Shown: piece by piece, positions 1-11,279 of the stretch
How positions within the stretch are numbered: position 1 is the stretch's first letter
Layout of the letters: every line of letters begins with the position of its first letter
From: Lama guanicoe
Lineage: Eukaryota
Length of the DNA: 64,000 nucleotides
Assembly (NCBI GenBank): GCA_013239625.1
Contig: MU053379.1
Span: forward strand, 3,578,866-3,642,865
Direction: 5' to 3'
Program-made: the position numbers and the translations under genes
Notes under the pieces: model-generated
What the model was told of the DNA's origin: nothing
Databases searched by the model: none
What the model saw: the letters and a program-made list of their open reading frames with translations, nothing else

Positions 1-879
1 GCCACACGGTACCCAGTGGAGGGAGCTGGCGTGTGGGCTTCTCCCAAGGAGCCCCGGGGCTGGCACCACCCTGACCCGACCCAGCAGCCGGGCTGGGACC
101 TATGTGCTCACTGCAAAGGGGACAGGCAGAATGCTGCTCTGCAGAGAAGCCCGCCACCCAGCTGCCTCCTGCAGAACAGAAGGGGGCTTTGTGCGCCCCC
201 AGACCTGCCCTGCTCTCCTGAAACAGGACAGGACGCCCCTGAAATCCTCCTCCACTCTCTGGACCTCGTCTTTGCAAGAACACTGCCTTGTTCAGACACA
301 CAGGTGCTTCAATTCTCTGAGACTCAGTTTCCTCACCCGCAGGAGGACGGATGGGGTGATGGTCAGATGACGGAGGAAAAGCCCCTGGAGGGTGCTGGCC
401 ACAGCAGACACTCAGTAAACGGGGGTGGTGGGTCATGGCCTCCAGGTATGGGGCAGGGGGCAGAGAACTGGGGCTGTCTTTGTACTATTTTATGAAGAAA
501 GGCCAAGACACCACAGGTGAATCAGGCAGCCAGGGAAAGGGTGGGCCTTTTTTCATTCTAAGTCTGTCAGTTGATGCACAAGAAGATTCTGGCTGGAGGG
601 AGCATTTGGGGCGATGGAAACGTTCTCTGCCTTGATTCTGGCGGTGGCAGTTACCCGGGAGGCCGAGAAAGTGAGGGAAGAAGACTCGGGCGGGTCGGGA
701 GCCTTCAGCCTCTTCCACCACCAGCCAGGCGCCAAGGTCAAAGAGTTTTCATTTTTCTGGAATTAAGATTAAGCAACCTGTATTGCCTTCAAAGTGGGTG
801 GACACACACTCGCTGGCCCCGGTGCAACAAGGAAACCTCGTGGAGAGGGCATCTCAAATCCTGCAGGCGTCCAGGCTGC

Positions 880-2300
880 ACTCCAGGACTGTCACTCAGG
901 ACGGGCCCCGACGCGGAAGTCTTTTCTTATCCAATCGCGCCGCCCCGCGGACAACCTGGACACTGCAGCCTCTCTAACCTGACGTCGGCCCTCTGGAAAG
1001 TAAACGGATCAACGTGTGGAGCCACGAATGCCTCCGACGGGAGGCAGTTTCACCCGGGGGCATCCCCGGGAAAATCAGCGAAACAAGCTGGAACTGCGGG
1101 CCCTATTTTCGGCAGGCCGACCTAGAAGAATTTAACCCTTTCAGTCCCTGGTCGCCTGCTCCAGACCCAGCCTCTCAGAAAGGCACCAGGTCAGGCGGGG
1201 GTGCAGTGGGAAGCAACCACAATCCAGTGTCCCTTCCACTCTGGGCTCCACCTGCGTCACCGTCGAAGCCTCAGCACAGGGTGCTCTTAACTGGGATGGG
1301 GGGCGTTCCTGCCTCCCGCGCTCGGACCCCAAAGCCCGGAGTTGGCGCGGCGCTTCCCCCTGGTGGCCCGATGGCGCCAATGCACAGCTCGCCCGCAGCG
1401 CGGGAGAGGCGCGCGGGGCGGAGGGCTCGGTGCTCCTCTGTCCGCCTCACCCGCACCTGACTGGGACTGAGGACCAGCAGGGAGTAGCTGGAGCCCCGAC
1501 TCGACGGTGGGCAAGAGGTGAGGGTCTCTCCTTCCTAGTACACCCCACCTCCGGCCCCCAACCAAAACCAGAATCCTTCTTCAGCATCATTCTCTTACTC
1601 CCCGAACCACCTAGATCCCCACTCTCCTGCCCTCACAGAACTGCCCACAGGGGTCGGTACGTAAGTGGGGACCGGTTGGGGTCGTGGAGACTTCCCAGTG
1701 GCCAGCGCGCTTCTGGACCGCAGGTGCAGTTGGCTGTTGTTTGTGCCCAAGTGTGACGGAAGTTGGGGCGGAGACGGGAGGCGGCATGTACTTGGGGGGA
1801 AGAAGGATGGGGGGAAAATTACAACCGAGGAAAACGTGTGTCCGCAAACGCACTCTCCACGCCGCCCGTGCGCCTGGCGGCCGAGGGTGGAGCGGTGGCG
1901 CCCGCCGCCGTCTGACTTGCACGCTCTAATCCTGATTCCGAGCCGCCGACTCCTCCGCGGTCCCCTCACCGGGCCGGGCTGCGCGTCTGTGGAGATGCGG
2001 TCGGGGACCTCGGGGGCGCGGCTGCCTGCCCGCGTTCTCCCGGGCCGCCGCGAGGCTGGAGCGCGGGGCCGGGGCGCCTCCTGGCGGCGGCGGCGCGCGG
2101 GTCACTCAGTGTCTCCAGCCCCGGGCGGTGCATCTGCCCAACGCGGGCTCCCTGCGCGGGCGGGCGGCCCGCGGGCCTGCATTTCCCGACTTGCTCGGGT
2201 GGCGGCGCCGAGGCCCATTCGCCTCTTTATTAATAACGGTGCACCAGGAGGGAAAAAAAAGTCCTTAAAAACCAGACAGGATGGGAGAGGAAAGTGTGTG
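880..2300. promoter_or_regulatory. CpG island downstream of NKX2-2
   Basis: Dense CpG, GC-rich, no recognisable repeats. Confidence 0.7.
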
Positions 2301-2341
2301 TGTGTGTGCGCGCGCGCGTGTGTTTGTGAGAGAGAGAGAGA
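2294..2341. repeat. Compound microsatellite (TG)n(CG)n(TG)n(AG)n
   Basis: gtgtgtgtgtgtgtgcgcgcgcgcgtgtgtttgtgagagagagaga. Confidence 0.9.
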
Positions 2342-5300
2342 AAATTGGGGCGTTGGTGAAAGCAATAAAACTCAGATCGCTTCCTTGGAGAGATAGCGGC
2401 GGCTATAATGCGCCGGGGGATCAGGGGTTTATTTGCAGATCCTGGATAAAAGATGATATATCGACACAGTTTAGAGTGTCATTGCGCCCGGCCGCTCAGG
2501 AAGCCACAAGTACATATTTCCTGAAAAACCGGCCAACACAGTATCTAATCCACACGCCACTTAAGCCCGGGAGGGGAACCTCAGCGTCTCACAAGTTCGC
2601 GCCTGGTTTCCTAGTTCTGGGCGGGGAGACCTCACCCGGGCTGGATCTGGTGCGCCCGGACGCACCCCCTCCCCGCCCCAGCAGCCTTTGTCTTCAGTCC
2701 AAGTAATCACTTAGGCTTGGGCCTTAATAAATACGTCTGAGAACTGTCCTTATGCTCGGTAAATATTGGATTAGCTTTTCAATGACCAGGCTCTTGAAAA
2801 GGCTGGAGAAATCCACACCAGGTCTCAAGTAAGCCCGACAGTCAATAGGTAAGGAAAAGACGCTACTCCCCTGGCTGGGGTGGGGGCAGGGGGAAGGGGC
2901 GCTTACTCTTCTCGAGTTCTGATTCTAGGAAACACGAAGGCAGTGCTGGGAAAGGAGGGAGGCACCCAAATTGTGGGGGAGCTGGAATTTCCTCCATCCC
3001 CGTGTGCTCATTAAGGGCTGAGCGGCTTAGCCCTCGGTGAAGTCTGTTTTTATTTCTACAGCACTCAGCCTCAGCACGGACTCTGTTCCGCACATACATT
3101 TGTTGTTGCTGTTGTTTGGGGGCTGCTTATGGGAGTCTGTGAGCCTGCTTTTGGACGAGGTCATGACCTAAGCGATCTCTGACTGCCCGGCTAACTCAGA
3201 CTGCTTAGGTGAGGCAAATCCTAGCAAATGCCTTGGAAGCTCTGCCCTGCCTCCCTGTTTGGCCGGCAAAACGATGCAGGAGACACTGAGAACTAGAGAA
3301 GGTCTTTCTCTCCTCCAGAATGGGGTGGGGGTGGGGGTGGGATGGTTAAAGAAGTTTCTGAACCGGTTTCCCATCGTCCCACTGAGATGCCAGTGGGATC
3401 TCGCACATCATTAGAATGACAGGGGGGTCGTGACCGAGGGGTCCGGCTGGGTGAAAGCGGCCTCAGAACCAGCCACAGACAAAATCTAGCCGGGCCCAGG
3501 ACTGAGGGCCCCTTGGCATTCCTGAGCCTTTCCTGCAGCTCGTGGAAGGGTGGCTCCGCGCGCCAGCGTGTCCGGATGCGCCCGGTGAGGGAACCAGAGG
3601 CCCGGATTTTCATCTACCCTGGGGCTGCGAAGCCTGTGGCGTCTCAGCTTCCCGCAGGCCCTGGGCCCCTCAGGGGTCCTCCTGAGCCTGGCACTGTCTG
3701 ATGGCTTCTACTCCAGGCTTCCCCCAGACAGGAGAAGGCTGGCAGCTGGCTGTGCGCTCAGAAGCCCGCAAAGTGCCCGCAAAGTGCCTGCGAGGAGCCC
3801 CAGCCCTGAACGCCAATGGTTCGCAGACCCAAGCCCGAGCCTCAAGCCGGTATTTGGTAAAGAGACAGAAGCAGAGACACAGAGAGAGAGACCCCGCTCT
3901 CAGTGTCACGGGGCCTAGGCGGGGCAGGCGCCCTCTGAAGCCATCAAAGACAGGGGTGGCTGTTTCCCCCTCCTCCAGCCTCCTCCCCGATAGATATAGC
4001 ACGAATTTTTAATGCGTCTTCCTTTCACAGACAACAATACAGGGTTTGAAAGCCGGACACAATTTGGGTTTTGTGCGGGTCCCTCCTCGCGCTCCCTCGG
4101 CCCAGCTGGCCATATGGAATCCAGCATGGAGTCCGCGGATGACAAAGGGACCCAGTGACAGGCCCAACAAAACCCCAAGGAGACTTCTGCCTGACTCCGG
4201 GATTCACTGCCCGCGATAAGCGCGCTGAATGGTGCGGGGTGGAGGGGGGCGGAGGGCGGGCCCCTTCTCCCTCTTCCCCTCTCTGTCCCCTGCGATCCTT
4301 TCTCTGGCCCTTTTTAATATGCACGCCTCTAACATCCTCGGCTCCCAGCTCTCCCATTGTGCCGTTTTGTGCGGCCCGCTGTAGATTGGGCGAAGATAGA
4401 CTGCCCAAGCGGACCCCGCGCCGGGTGCGCTCCCAGGGCGCTGGGGTTAGGGCCACACAGGGCTTCGCGGGCGCTTTTATTGACTCCATGGGGACCCGAG
4501 GACAGAGAGAGGCGGGCGTCGGGCCCACCTCCCGGCAGCACGAGCGAGCGCACACCCTGGCTGCAGGCCCACGAGCCTGGCCACCAACCCCAAATGCGCC
4601 CTCAGCGCGCACACGTGAAAGCCTGCGCGAGAACTTGGACCTTCCACTTTGTCTTCTTCCTCTCCGGAGACCTAGGGGGCTCTTGTGATCATTTTTGGCC
4701 CCCAGAGGTTTGGGGTCCTGGAATAGCCAAAATCAACCGAGTCCTGGGTCTGTGCCTCAGGCGTCCTGACCACCCTACTCCAAGAGGCTCTCCCCTCCCC
4801 TCCGGCGGGTCAGGGTTACAGGGAAGTCAGGAGAGGAATGTTGAGGGGTTGGTATCAGGGCAAGTTGGACGCTGGACCATCGCACGACAAATGATTTGGG
4901 GAGAACTCTGGCCTCAGGAAGAACAAGAAATGAAACCTCAAATGTTCCCAAGCCAGTGTGGGGAGCAAAGGTAGACTTTTCCACATTTAGGAAAACCTGG
5001 ATGAACCCAGTTGAACCTGGAGGTGGTGGGAAAGGACACTGGGGGAAATTAGAAAGAGTCCAGCGCCCTCAGTTATCTGGGGGCCGGCGCGCCATGCGGG
5101 AACAGCGTGTGATCACGGCCCTGCGCGTGCTGCGCTCAGTGCTGTCGACGTGTAGATTTGGTTACATGGATAATCATGTTTGCGTTAGATATTGAATTAA
5201 ATCTGATCATCAGCTAGAAGGAGCGAGAAAGTCAGCTGGGACCGCTCCCTTCACTCGACCTCCTCTCCCCCGCCCCTGGCCATGAAGGTGGAGCTCGAGA

Positions 5301-6514
5301 GAAAATGAGAGAGAGTTTCCAAAGGGGGCCGATTCTATCCCCAGGCGTCTCTGAACACCGGCGGGGCTCTGAGCTACAGAGCCCCGGGTATTTTCGGAAA
5401 TCCGCGAGATAGAGGAGACAGGCACCCTCCCCCCGAGTCTGCGGGGTCTCTGAGCTGCTCCCCCTGAGCGGGCAAGTATGCGCCAGCATCCTCCGGGGAG
5501 ATCTTCGGGCCCCCAGGGTGGGATGGAATCAGCTCTCTACGAGGGGAGGACCAATGCGCCCTCCCCCGGGCGAACGAAGGCTGTGTGCTCGCTTCCCGTT
5601 CCCCTCACCCCAGCCCAGGAGACCGGGGCGCACCACCCCACCTCCAAATTCTTGCATTCTAGCAAGCAATTCACCCAGCTTCACGCCAAAGAGCTGGCCA
5701 AGGGGACCGCGCGCAGCCAAATGCTAGGAGGGGACGAGGCCTGGGATCCAGTCCAGGGGAAGAGGCTGGAAGCTCAGGAAGAATGGGGATGGGAGGCAGG
5801 AGGAAGGCTCCAGCAGCAGGGATGCTCTCTGACTCCCGCTCCCTGGATCTACCGACCAAAGGCCTAGGGAGGCCGCTGCATCCCCTCTGACCCAGCGCCC
5901 AGGCCCCCGCATCCCCCCTTGCAGCCAAAGCCTGGAGCGCCCCAAGTCCGCCCCGCCCTCACCTCCTAGACGCCTCCTGTCCGCGGAGTTACAAGGGGTA
6001 GGGGTAGAGAAGCCGACCCGTCTCAACCTCTGCCTCCCCGCACCCCAGCACGAGGTAAATCAAATTCAAGAGAGTGGAAGTCACTGCGTGTAGTGGCTTC
6101 AACAGCTTCTTAGGCTGAAGGAGCCACTCGTAGATTTGGGCGATCAACTGGGGCTTGTCTTCTTGCCTTTGCGTCTTTCAGTCACTTCCTCCCGAGCCAG
6201 GATGCCGCCGCCCGGATTCAGGCCGCGCGCAAGGCCGGGACACAGGCCGGGAGAGGGCGGGCGACCCCGGGTGGTGGGCCGACCACTCGCAGGCCTGAGG
6301 CCCAGCGCTCCCGCCCGGCGCGGGGACCAAGGCGGAGGCCTGGCCTGTCCGCCAGGGTGAGGCCTGTTCCCGGAGCCTCCCCAGAGCCCGGGGTGCCCCA
6401 GGCCCAGGGGCAGCACGGGGTGAGAGCGCGGCCAGCAGCCAGGCGGGGCTTCTTGCCCGAGGTCTCTGGCCCAGCTCAGGGCGACACAGTGAGACAAACG
6501 GGAGGGCCGGGCTT

Positions 6515-7388
6515 GGTTTTTTTAAACACAGGATTTTTATTAAAATTCTTATTTAAAAAATGGAAAGCTTTCAGCACCCGGTGCTCTCGGGGAACTGCAC
6601 GGAACCGCTGAGCTCCGAGTTCCGAGGCTCAGGACCCAGAGGATGGGGCAGGGGCTTCTCGCTCGCCTACACATTTTTATCCTTTTTCATTTCTGAGAAA
6701 TGTTTGCACTGAACAAAATAAAGAAGAAAGCAGGGCTAACCAAATGTAAGCAAACCAAAACAAACCACAAAGAAAGGAGTGGGGCCCCGAGGGGTACAGG
6801 CCAGTCCTGAAGGTCATTTTGGCAACAATCACCACAGATATTTACAACGAAAAGCGGAATCTGCCACCAGTTGTCAGGACGTTTACATGGCCATAAATAT
6901 TTAGCATTTTCTTATAAAAAACAAAAGGAGAAAAAATCCTCTATTTTTAAAGTGTTCTCCACTTGCTTTAGAAGAAGACAGCTGACAATATTGCTACTCA
7001 CACAAACATATTTTACAAAATTCACAAAAGCGAGGGTGGGGGGCGTCTTTTTCTCCTTCTCAAGTGAGGACGTTAACTCTGGGACCATTCCGTGCCCCCA
7101 GGGAGAGGCAGAGAAGCGAGGCTGCGCAAACATTCTGTAAACGGCTGATGGTTCAGCCCTCCCCAGAGGTTCAGAGGGAGAGGGCTGAGGCAGAGCTGGC
7201 TGGGTGGAATCTGCCTCTCCAAGGAGGCGCAGGCCACCTCCTGACGCCTCCCCAGTGGAGCCGAGAGTCAACTCGACTCCGTAATAATTATAATAACACA
7301 GTAACCACCGTTAAGGGCCGAGTCCTCCTTGCCTCCGCCGCCGGGGTGGGGCCTGGGCCGGGGGCTGGGAGTCTCGGAGGGGCGGCTC
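6515..7388 (-). other. NKX2-2: NKX2-2 3' UTR (3' end approximate)
   Basis: U-rich sequence between the TGA and the AATAAA at 6541-6536. Confidence 0.8.
6536..6541 (-). terminator. Polyadenylation signal AATAAA of NKX2-2
   Basis: Plus-strand tttatt at 6536-6541, ~850 nt past the stop codon, at the end of the AT-rich UTR block. Confidence 0.8.
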
Positions 7389-7951
7389 TCACCAAGTCCA
7401 CTGCTGGGCCTGGACCAGGGGGTGTGCTGTCGGGTACTGGGGAGTGCTGGCCGAGCTGTACTGGGCGTTGTATTGCATGTGCTGCAGAGACTGCGCGCTG
7501 TAGGCCGAAAAGGGGATGCCCGCCTGGAAGGTGGCGGCTGCCAGGTCCTGGGCTTTAAGCGCGTGGCACGGTTTGCCGTCCCTGACCAACACGGGCACGG
7601 CCACCCGGCGCGGCGAGGGCAGGGGCGTCACCTCCATACCTTTCTCTGCCCGGGCGCGCTTCATCTTGTAGCGGTGGTTCTGGAACCAGATCTTGACCTG
7701 CGTGGGCGTGAGGCGGATGAGGCTGGCCAGGTGCTCCCGCTCGGGCGCCGACAGGTACCGCTGCTGCCGGAAGCGCCGCTCCAGCTCGTAGGTCTGCGCC
7801 TTGGAGAAGAGCACCCGCCGCTTCCGCTTCTTGCCGGCGTCCCCCCCGCCGCCCGGGGTCTCCTTGTCATTGTCCGGTGACTCGTCGGCCGAGGGCTCCG
7901 GGGACTTGGAACTCGAGTCCTGGGGCGCCGCGCCGGCCGCCAGCCCGTGCA
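7389..7951 (-). CDS. NKX2-2: NK2 homeobox 2, coding exon 2 (homeodomain ~7829-7650, NK2-SD, C-terminal activation domain)
   Basis: Acceptor tttccccAG|TG completes CTG(Leu87); [20 protein letters not shown]...WFQNHRYK homeodomain with NK2-type Tyr54; [17 protein letters not shown]2-SD; ends QQWTW-TGA; 259+563=822 nt = 273 aa + stop. Confidence 0.98.
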
Positions 7952-8859
7952 CTGGGGAAAGAGATGCCCGTCAGGCGCCGGGAGGCCGCGCGAGGCTGGG
8001 CCTGACCCCGCGCGCCCCGGATCCTCCGTGCGCCCCCGGCCCTCTGTGCCCTGCAGCCCGGCCCCGCTGCCTTCGCCCTCACCCTGGCCCTGCTCCACGC
8101 CGGAGGTAGCCGCCGGCGTCCCTCCGGGAAAAGAGGAGACGGGACAGGAGTGGGGGCTTGGGGCTCTGGTTTCTGGGGGTTCGTGCAGTGTGGGTGCGCA
8201 TTTGGGGGGGCGGCGGCGCGCCGAGAAGATCGTCGCGGGTTAAGGGCTCCGGCCCCCTTAAGCAGTTTCCTCTCCGGAGAGACGTGGGCAGATTTTTAAA
8301 AGAAAACCCCCACAATCCCGGCATTGATAGACTCGGCCATCCAAGGCAGATTTTTGGGGGCTTTCGTTTCTACTTCCCGACTTGCCGGACACCCTCCGCA
8401 CGGCACAAAGCGTCCTCTATGAAGCGCAGGGGGCAGGGTGAGCTATTTATACCCGGGCCACCCTCTCCCCGAACCCCGAGGCTGGCTGGCTCGCTCCAGT
8501 GCTCCAGGCCAGTCCCTCCCGGCGGTCGGAATGGGGGAGGGGGCTCCGGCTGGAGCCGTCAGTCTGGGTTGACGTCTGTAACCGGCCCTTGGGAGGTACT
8601 CCCCTCCCCCTCTTCCTCCTAATTTCTCTCTTTGGAAGAAATATCTGAGAACGAGTCTTTTTCCCAGACTCGGGGGGGGGGCTTGACGAGGAGGAAAGAG
8701 TTAGGGCGCCGTAAATAAGCGTTAAAAATCTTGCCAGGAGCGCAGGGTTGGGGGTCGGCTCACAAGACTCCTTCCCCTTCCTCCCCCAGGGTCCGGCCCG
8801 GGCTGCGGCCGCGGGAACGGAGACGGTCACAGCCACGGCGGCCAAGTTTCGCTACTTAC
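7952..8859 (-). other. NKX2-2: NKX2-2 coding intron (908 bp, GT-AG)
   Basis: GTAAGT donor and polypyrimidine-CAG acceptor join the two exons in frame. Confidence 0.96.
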
Positions 8860-9118
8860 GGGAGTACTGCAGGCCCTCGGTGCTGGCCAGCCAGCGCGTG
8901 TATGGGTTGTCGCTGCTGTCGTAGAAGGGGTTCTTCAGGGGCAGGCTTTGCACCGTGTCCAGGGCGCCCTGCCCCAGCGGCCCAGCCCTCTTGGCGGGCT
9001 CCGGCCCCTCGCTCTCCTCCTCTGGCCCTTCGGCCACCGAGCCTTCCTCATCGTTGGTGTCCGGCAGGTCCAAGATGTCCTTGACCGAAAACCCCGTCTT
9101 TGTGTTGGTCAGCGACAT
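8860..9118 (-). CDS. NKX2-2: NK2 homeobox 2, coding exon 1 (aa 1-86 plus 1 nt)
   Basis: ATG at 9118 (gccATG); [18 protein letters not shown]... includes the TN/eh1 Groucho-binding motif FSVKDILDL; ends CAG TAC TCC C|GTAAGT (donor GT at 8859-8858); 259 nt, phase 1. Confidence 0.98.
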
Positions 9119-9550
9119 GGCCGGGGCCCCGCAATTTATGCCGCAAAGTTGTAGCTTCACTTGGTCAATTCGCGGCGCTCTCGGTTGGGGCGGGGGAGGG
9201 GGTATGGGGAGAGGGGTTGGGGGAGGGGAGGGGGGATGGGCTTTAATTATGGATATTATTATTTTTAAAAAGGAGAAGGAAACTCTGGGAAAGGGGAGGG
9301 TGGGGGGAAAAGCCCAACGCGGTGCTTGCGTCCTCTCTGCAAGCACGCGGAAACGGACGCGGGGAGCCGGGCGGCCTGCGCGCCGAGCGCCGCGGGCCGG
9401 GCCCGAGTTTGTAACTCCAGGAGGGGTGCCAAGGCGGCGTCAGCTCGGGCTCCAGCGGCCGCTCGGCGCGCGGTGGCGGCTGGTGGCGAGGGAAAAATGG
9501 GCCATTGCCCGAGCGATCAGTCCATATAAGGCTGGGCTCCACTCACGAAC
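9119..9550 (-). other. NKX2-2: NKX2-2 5' UTR / leader exon (proximal start near 9460-9500; longer form from acceptor at 9551)
   Basis: C-rich leader upstream of the ATG; CAG acceptor at 9553-9551 preceded by a ~100 nt pyrimidine tract. Confidence 0.6.
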
Positions 9551-9935
9551 CTGGGGAGAGGGGGGAAGAGGGGGAGAAAGAGAGGGAGGGGAAGAGAGAG
9601 GGAGGGAGGGGGAGCGAGAGAGGGAGCGAGGGAAGGGTGGAAAAAAGGAGGGGGGAGACATTAAAACGCAAAGGTTGGACACGTGTGGGCGGGTCTTGGA
9701 AGTCAAGTGGATGAAGACTGTATTTGCAGATGTGAAATTGTGGGTTTTGGGGAGCTCCGCGCTCCCAGCCAACGGCCCTCTAGAGCAAGATGAGAGGTGT
9801 AACGTGTCAATTAATTGCAAAGACGGGGCGAGCCCTTTTTTTTTTACCCAGTATTTACATACAAAGGACCACCGCGTCGCTCGCGAGTCCACACACTTGA
9901 AAGGGCCGTTTTAACAAATTGCATCTTTAAAAAAA
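9515..9935 (-). promoter_or_regulatory. NKX2-2 proximal promoter
   Basis: TATA-like/CArG CCATATAAGG 9522-9531; E-boxes CACGTG 9680 and CAGATG 9727; NK2 sites TCAAGTG 9703-9709 and CACTTGA 9894-9900; forkhead-like GTATTTACA ~9851. Confidence 0.65.
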
Positions 9936-11279
9936 TAAAAGCAGGGGAGGAGGAAAGAAAACAAAACAGAAACCCGGAGGTGGAGGAGAAAAAAGAATCC
10001 TCCTTAACATTCACCGGTTCCTACCTCCCCGCCCCCGAGCGCTCGCCCCCAGCAAGCCGGAAAATTGGCGATTTGTGGCGCCTTTGGAAAAGGGGGAGGG
10101 GGCGAATGCTGAGCCGCGGAAATCTCTCCTTCCCATCGCGGGCAGTTCCCTAAACAAGATCCGGTTCAAATGGCAAGAGCCCAACTTCTGTAAGCCTCCT
10201 AGGTCAATATTTTGGTTGAGGCTTAAGGATGAGCACTAGAAATGACAAGGCAAGTAATTGATTCTAGTCAGCGCCGAACGAGCCCGAAGCCCAGGAGAGG
10301 GATCGGCTCGGGCCGGCCAGAGCCACCGCCGAGCGACACCTCCTCCCACCCTCCCCGCTCCGCCCCCCCCCCCTTTATTTGCTAAAGACATTTATTTCCT
10401 TCAGCCCGCCTCCCCCTCTCCCCCTGCAGCTCGGGGCGGCCGAGCGGGACCGCGCAGTTCACTTTCTGCTTTGCGGGCGCCCGGGGAGGGGCGGTGGGGG
10501 TGGGGAAGGCTCGCCCGGGCGGCGACCGGCCGGGGCCCCGCCGCCTCCCGGCCCCGCGGGCCGCGCTCTCCGGGTGGAGGGAAGGGCAGACGGCCCCGCG
10601 CCCTTCCTGCCCCCTATTATGCCTCCCTCTCGGGCCTCCAGCGGCGGTGGAGCGGCGGGAAGCGAGAGGGGAGGGGGCGGGGCGGGGGCGCCGTCTCCAG
10701 CCCGGGTGAGGACCCCGAAAACCGCGGGGGAGGGGGTCGCAGGGCGGGAGGTGCAGCTGCATTTTCTCTGGAGTTTTCTTCCCAGAGAGCCCTTTCGGAC
10801 GCCTCAGGGGCGCGTCCGAGGACACTCCCCAGGCTCCCAGCTTGCGTGAGGCTCGCGTGCGGGTCCCAGCCCCTCGCCCGCCTGGGAACTGAACTTTCCC
10901 GGAACGGCACCTCCTCCTCGGCGCCGGCAGGGAAACGTCCGCGCCGCACTGCCCGCCCCTCCTCCCGGGATTGCCTTTTCGGGGGAGGAGGAGAAGGTTT
11001 GCTACCTGACGCTCGGGCACCCCAGAGGAGCATCAGGATGGCGCCTTGCCTGGGGGCGGGGAGGGGCGGGAAGGGCCGCCGCGGGGGTCAGGGCTGGCCA
11101 CCCCCAGCCCTCCGCCGGGGCCGCCTCCTCGCCGGCCGGGCGCAGCGCGCGGGCGCCGGTCCTCCCCGCGCACAGCTGCGGCCGCCGCGCCCCGGCCGCC
11201 CCCGAGTTGCCGGCGCCCGGCGAGGGCGCCTCTCCCCGAGCCGCTCGGCGGCTTTCTGCAGCCCTTGCCGCCTGGCCCC

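Noticed and set aside
6570..6590. TTCAGCACC REST/RE1 half-site in the 3' UTR
   Set aside because: Right half (GGACAG) is absent
7329..7880. 183-aa plus-strand ORF opposite the homeodomain exon
   Set aside because: Antisense shadow of a GC3-rich coding exon; non-ATG start and no recognisable domain
9119..9346. 76-codon in-frame opening upstream of the NKX2-2 ATG
   Set aside because: No ATG, poly-Pro from a C-tract; the known protein starts at MSLTNT
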